DNA of 64,000 nucleotides from Escherichia coli (GTDB lineage Bacteria; Pseudomonadota; Gammaproteobacteria; Enterobacterales; Enterobacteriaceae): NCBI RefSeq assembly GCF_030013595.1, contig NZ_CP122768.1; one strand, 5' to 3'. Shown piece by piece: positions 60,836 to 64,000 of this stretch (position 1 is its first letter; each line of letters starts with the position of its first letter). The notes under the pieces were generated by a model. It saw only the letters and a program-made list of their open reading frames with translations, ran no database searches and was not told where the DNA came from. The position numbers and the translations under genes were made by a program.

Positions 60836-61438
60836 GTGTTAGCTTTTTGCCGCTCTTCGTTGAAGTCAAAAAAATATTTCATCATTTTACTGGCGCTCGC
60901 TGCAATTGCCGGACTGGGTACTCATGCCGCCTGGAGTAGCAATGGTTTGCCACGTATCGACAATAAAACGCTGGCCAGACTGGCACAGCAGCATCCGGTT
61001 GTCGTTTTGTTTCGCCATGCTGAACGTTGCGATCGTTCAACCAATCAATGCTTGTCAGATAAAACAGGTATTACGGTCAAAGGTACCCAGGATGCCCGTG
61101 AACTGGGCAACGCTTTTAGTGCTGATATCCCTGATTTCGATCTTTATTCCAGTAATACCGTCCGGACCATTCAGTCGGCGACCTGGTTTTCAGCGGGTAA
61201 AAAGCTGACGGTAGATAAACGACTTCTTCAGTGCGGTAATGAGATTTATAGTGCAATTAAGGACTTACAAAGCAAAGCGCCTGATAAAAATATCGTTATT
61301 TTCACCCATAATCATTGCCTGACATATATTGCTAAAGATAAGCGTGATGCGACATTTAAACCTGATTATCTGGATGGTTTAGTCATGCATGTGGAAAAAG
61401 GCAAAGTTTATCTGGATGGGGAATTCGTTAACCACTAA
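60836..61438 (+). CDS. ais: lipopolysaccharide core heptose(II)-phosphate phosphatase Ais/PmrG (200 aa, GTG start)
   Basis: ORF 60779..61438 trimmed to the GTG at 60836 ([26 protein letters not shown]...); histidine-phosphatase RHAER motif. Confidence 0.85.
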   Translation: MLAFCRSSLKSKKYFIILLALAAIAGLGTHAAWSSNGLPRIDNKTLARLAQQHPVVVLFRHAERCDRSTNQCLSDKTGITVKGTQDARELGNAFSADIPDFDLYSSNTVRTIQSATWFSAGKKLTVDKRLLQCGNEIYSAIKDLQSKAPDKNIVIFTHNHCLTYIAKDKRDATFKPDYLDGLVMHVEKGKVYLDGEFVNH

Positions 61439-61448
61439 ATTTTCAATC

Positions 61449-61470
61449 TGACAGCCAGTAATGGCTGTCA
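61449..61470. terminator. hairpin between convergent ais and nudI (TGACAGCCA-GTAA-TGGCTGTCA), possible terminator
   Basis: 9-bp perfect inverted repeat; flanking T/A runs are weak. Confidence 0.35.
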
Positions 61471-61476
61471 TCATTG

Positions 61477-61902
61477 TTACAGAAGACCTTTCAAACGTAA
61501 CGTTTTTCGGGTGGCGACATTCAAATCATAATGCACCAGATCTTCAGGTTTTACCCACGCGTAGTCCTGAAACTCTTCGTTTATTTTCACTTCTCGGTTG
61601 GCAGAAACGCAGTCAAAAATCAGGTAAATCATATAAATCTCTTCCTTGCGACCATCTGCATACGTCTTGGTGCGAATATCATCGCTGAAGGTCCACGGCG
61701 TGATTTCTGTCAAAAGCAGCTGTTCTCCCAGTTCTTCGCAAATTTCGCGGCGTAGTGCCTCTTCAATTCGTTCGCCAGGCTCTACGCCGCCACCCGAAAG
61801 CGCCCATTGACCGGGGAAAACGCCGCGATCGTCGGCCATTTTACACAGCAAATAAGCACCATCATTTTGAATCAAAGGGCATACAATAGTCCGTTGTCGC
61901 AC
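61477..61902 (-). CDS. nudI: Nudix nucleoside triphosphatase NudI (141 aa)
   Basis: ORF 61477..61902; Nudix box [23 protein letters not shown]. Confidence 0.9.
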   Translation of the reverse strand: MRQRTIVCPLIQNDGAYLLCKMADDRGVFPGQWALSGGGVEPGERIEEALRREICEELGEQLLLTEITPWTFSDDIRTKTYADGRKEEIYMIYLIFDCVSANREVKINEEFQDYAWVKPEDLVHYDLNVATRKTLRLKGLL

Positions 61903-62179
61903 AGGGGTATTCCTTATAAATAAAAAGAAACCATGAGAATACGGTAACTCAGAAATATGTGAAAGTGACAGTAATCTCTTTTGCGATGATAACTGTACTT
62001 ATTATTATTTTTGTGTGTATCGATAAAGTGTGTTTATTTTTTCGGCGTTTAATTATTTAAGAAGTATTTAGTTACAATAAGTGACTAGATCCCTTTTTTC
62101 GCTCATTGAATCCTCTGTGCCAGGCAGTACAATCCCGCAGCTTTGGGAATTTTGATTAATTGCTTGTGGGAAAGGGGAT

Positions 62180-62722
62180 ATGAAAAAAATTGCGCTAGCA
62201 GGTCTGGCCGGAATGCTGTTGGTTTCTGCATCGGTCAATGCAATGAGCATCAGCGGTCAGGCGGGTAAAGAATACACCAATATTGGTGTCGGTTTTGGGA
62301 CTGAATCGACGGGCCTGGCGTTAAGCGGTAACTGGACACATAACGACGACGACGGTGACGTCGCGGGCGTGGGGCTGGGGTTGAATCTGCCTCTCGGGCC
62401 GTTAATGGCGACCGTTGGCGGAAAAGGCGTTTACACCAACCCGAATTACGGCGATGAAGGTTATGCCGCAGCGGTAGGAGGTGGTTTGCAGTGGAAAATT
62501 GGCAACAGCTTCCATTTGTTTGGCGAGTATTACTACTCTCCGGATTCGCTCTCCAGCGGTATTAAAAGTTATGAGGAAGCGAATGCGGGCGCGCGTTACA
62601 CCATTATGCGTCCAGTGAGTATTGAGGCGGGTTATCGCTACCTGAACCTTTCTGGTAAAGACGGTAACCGCGACAACGCCGTGGCTGACGGCCCGTATGT
62701 TGGGGTTAACGCCAGTTTCTGA
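62180..62722 (+). CDS. yfaZ: outer-membrane protein YfaZ (180 aa)
   Basis: ORF 62180..62722; signal peptide MKKIALAGLAGMLLVSASVNA and C-terminal aromatic residue typical of beta-barrel proteins. Confidence 0.88.
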   Translation: MKKIALAGLAGMLLVSASVNAMSISGQAGKEYTNIGVGFGTESTGLALSGNWTHNDDDGDVAGVGLGLNLPLGPLMATVGGKGVYTNPNYGDEGYAAAVGGGLQWKIGNSFHLFGEYYYSPDSLSSGIKSYEEANAGARYTIMRPVSIEAGYRYLNLSGKDGNRDNAVADGPYVGVNASF

Positions 62723-62821
62723 TCCCTTCCGGCGCGGCATTCTGCCGCGCCATTCAGTTTCTTACTACGCCTTATCTCCCTTTGCGTTATAGTGATTCGA
62801 TAACAAAAGCAGGAGATAACC

Positions 62822-64000
62822 ATGTTAAAAGTGGAAATGTTATCCACCGGGGATGAAGTGTTACACGGGCAAATCGTTGACACTAACGCTGCCTGGCTGG
62901 CCGATTTTTTCTTTCACCAGGGGTTGCCATTATCTCGCCGCAATACGGTGGGGGATAACCTTGATGACTTAGTCACCATTCTTCGCGAACGGAGTCAGCA
63001 CGCCGATGTGCTGATCGTTAACGGCGGGCTGGGGCCGACCAGTGATGATTTAAGCGCACTCGCCGCTGCGACAGCAAAAGGTGAAGGCCTGGTGTTGCAT
63101 GAAGCCTGGCTCAAAGAGATGGAACGCTATTTCCACGAACGTGGACGAGTAATGGCACCGAGCAACCGTAAACAAGCAGAGCTGCCTGCCAGTGCTGAAT
63201 TTATCAATAACCCGGTAGGCACCGCCTGTGGTTTTGCCGTGCAGCTTAATCGTTGCCTGATGTTCTTTACCCCTGGCGTACCGTCAGAATTTAAGGTGAT
63301 GGTCGAGCACGAAATCCTGCCGCGCCTGCGCGAGCGTTTTTCTTTACCACAGCCGCCGGTTTGCCTGCGTTTGACTACCTTTGGTCGTTCGGAAAGCGAT
63401 CTGGCACAAAGCCTGGACACTCTACAACTGCCGCCGGGCGTAACAATGGGCTATCGCTCCTCAATGCCTATCATCGAACTGAAACTCACCGGACCGGCAA
63501 GCGAGCAACAGGCGATGGAAAAACTGTGGCTGGACGTTAAACGTGTTGCCGGACAGAGCGTGATTTTCGAAGGCACCGAAGGACTGCCCGCGCAGATCAG
63601 TCGCGAATTGCAGAGCCGCCAGTTCAGCCTGACGCTGAGCGAGCAATTCACCGGTGGTTTATTGGCTTTGCAACTTTCTCGCGCAGGTGCTCCATTGCTG
63701 GCGTGTGAAGTGGTTCCTTCACAGGAAGAAACCCTGGCGCAAACTGCGCACTGGATTACAGAACGGCGGGCCAACCATTTTGCCGGGCTGGCACTGGCTG
63801 TTTCGGGTTTCGAGAACGAGCATCTCAACTTTGCGCTAGCCACGCCAGACGGCACTTTCGCTCTGCGTGTACGTTTCAGCACTACACGCTACAGCCTGGC
63901 TATCCGTCAGGAAGTGTGCGCAATGATGGCACTGAATATGCTGCGCCGTTGGTTAAACGGCCAGGACATCGCCAGTGAGCATGGCTGGATTGAGGTTGTT
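62822..64000 (+). CDS. yfaY: CinA-like (competence/damage-inducible protein family) YfaY, N-terminal part; 3' end outside the window
   Basis: ATG at 62822 opens a frame that runs to the window end without a stop (MLKVEMLSTGDEVLHGQIVDTNAAWLADFF...); absent from the ORF track only because no stop codon is reached. Confidence 0.85.
   Translation, partial: MLKVEMLSTGDEVLHGQIVDTNAAWLADFFFHQGLPLSRRNTVGDNLDDLVTILRERSQHADVLIVNGGLGPTSDDLSALAAATAKGEGLVLHEAWLKEMERYFHERGRVMAPSNRKQAELPASAEFINNPVGTACGFAVQLNRCLMFFTPGVPSEFKVMVEHEILPRLRERFSLPQPPVCLRLTTFGRSESDLAQSLDTLQLPPGVTMGYRSSMPIIELKLTGPASEQQAMEKLWLDVKRVAGQSVIFEGTEGLPAQISRELQSRQFSLTLSEQFTGGLLALQLSRAGAPLLACEVVPSQEETLAQTAHWITERRANHFAGLALAVSGFENEHLNFALATPDGTFALRVRFSTTRYSLAIRQEVCAMMALNMLRRWLNGQDIASEHGWIEVV

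Overview
The window is a contiguous, gene-dense stretch of Escherichia coli-type chromosome. All calls rest on reading the six-frame translations and recognising the proteins from memory; no database search was run. Gene order is purF(3' part)-ubiX-argT-hisJQMP-yfcI(rpnB)-yfcH-folX-yfcG-yfcF-yfcE-yfcD-yfcC-pta-ackA-yfbV-yfbU-yfbT-yfbS-yfbR-alaA-lrhA-nuoABC(D)EFGHIJKLMN-yfbM-yfbL-elaD-rbn-elaA-elaB-menFDHBCE-pmrD-arnFETDACB-IS10-ais-nudI-yfaZ-yfaY(5' part). This is the inverse of the K-12 reference orientation. I found no rRNA, tRNA or CRISPR array, and every recognised gene appears intact. I do not see a convincing wholly undescribed gene system; most of the window is well-characterised core genome. 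The most interesting feature is a complete 1329-bp IS10 with a perfect 9-bp target duplication (GACATTGCT), inserted 5 bp upstream of the arnB start codon. It separates the arnBCADTEF operon from its PmrA-box promoter and native ribosome-binding site, and points the IS10 outward promoter pOUT into arnB. Second, the nuoN-to-elaD interval is more compact than I recall for K-12: yfbN/yfbO/yfbP and yfbK appear absent, leaving an AT-rich 437-bp spacer bounded by a 12-bp direct repeat. Other items are lower-interest regulatory structures and repeats.
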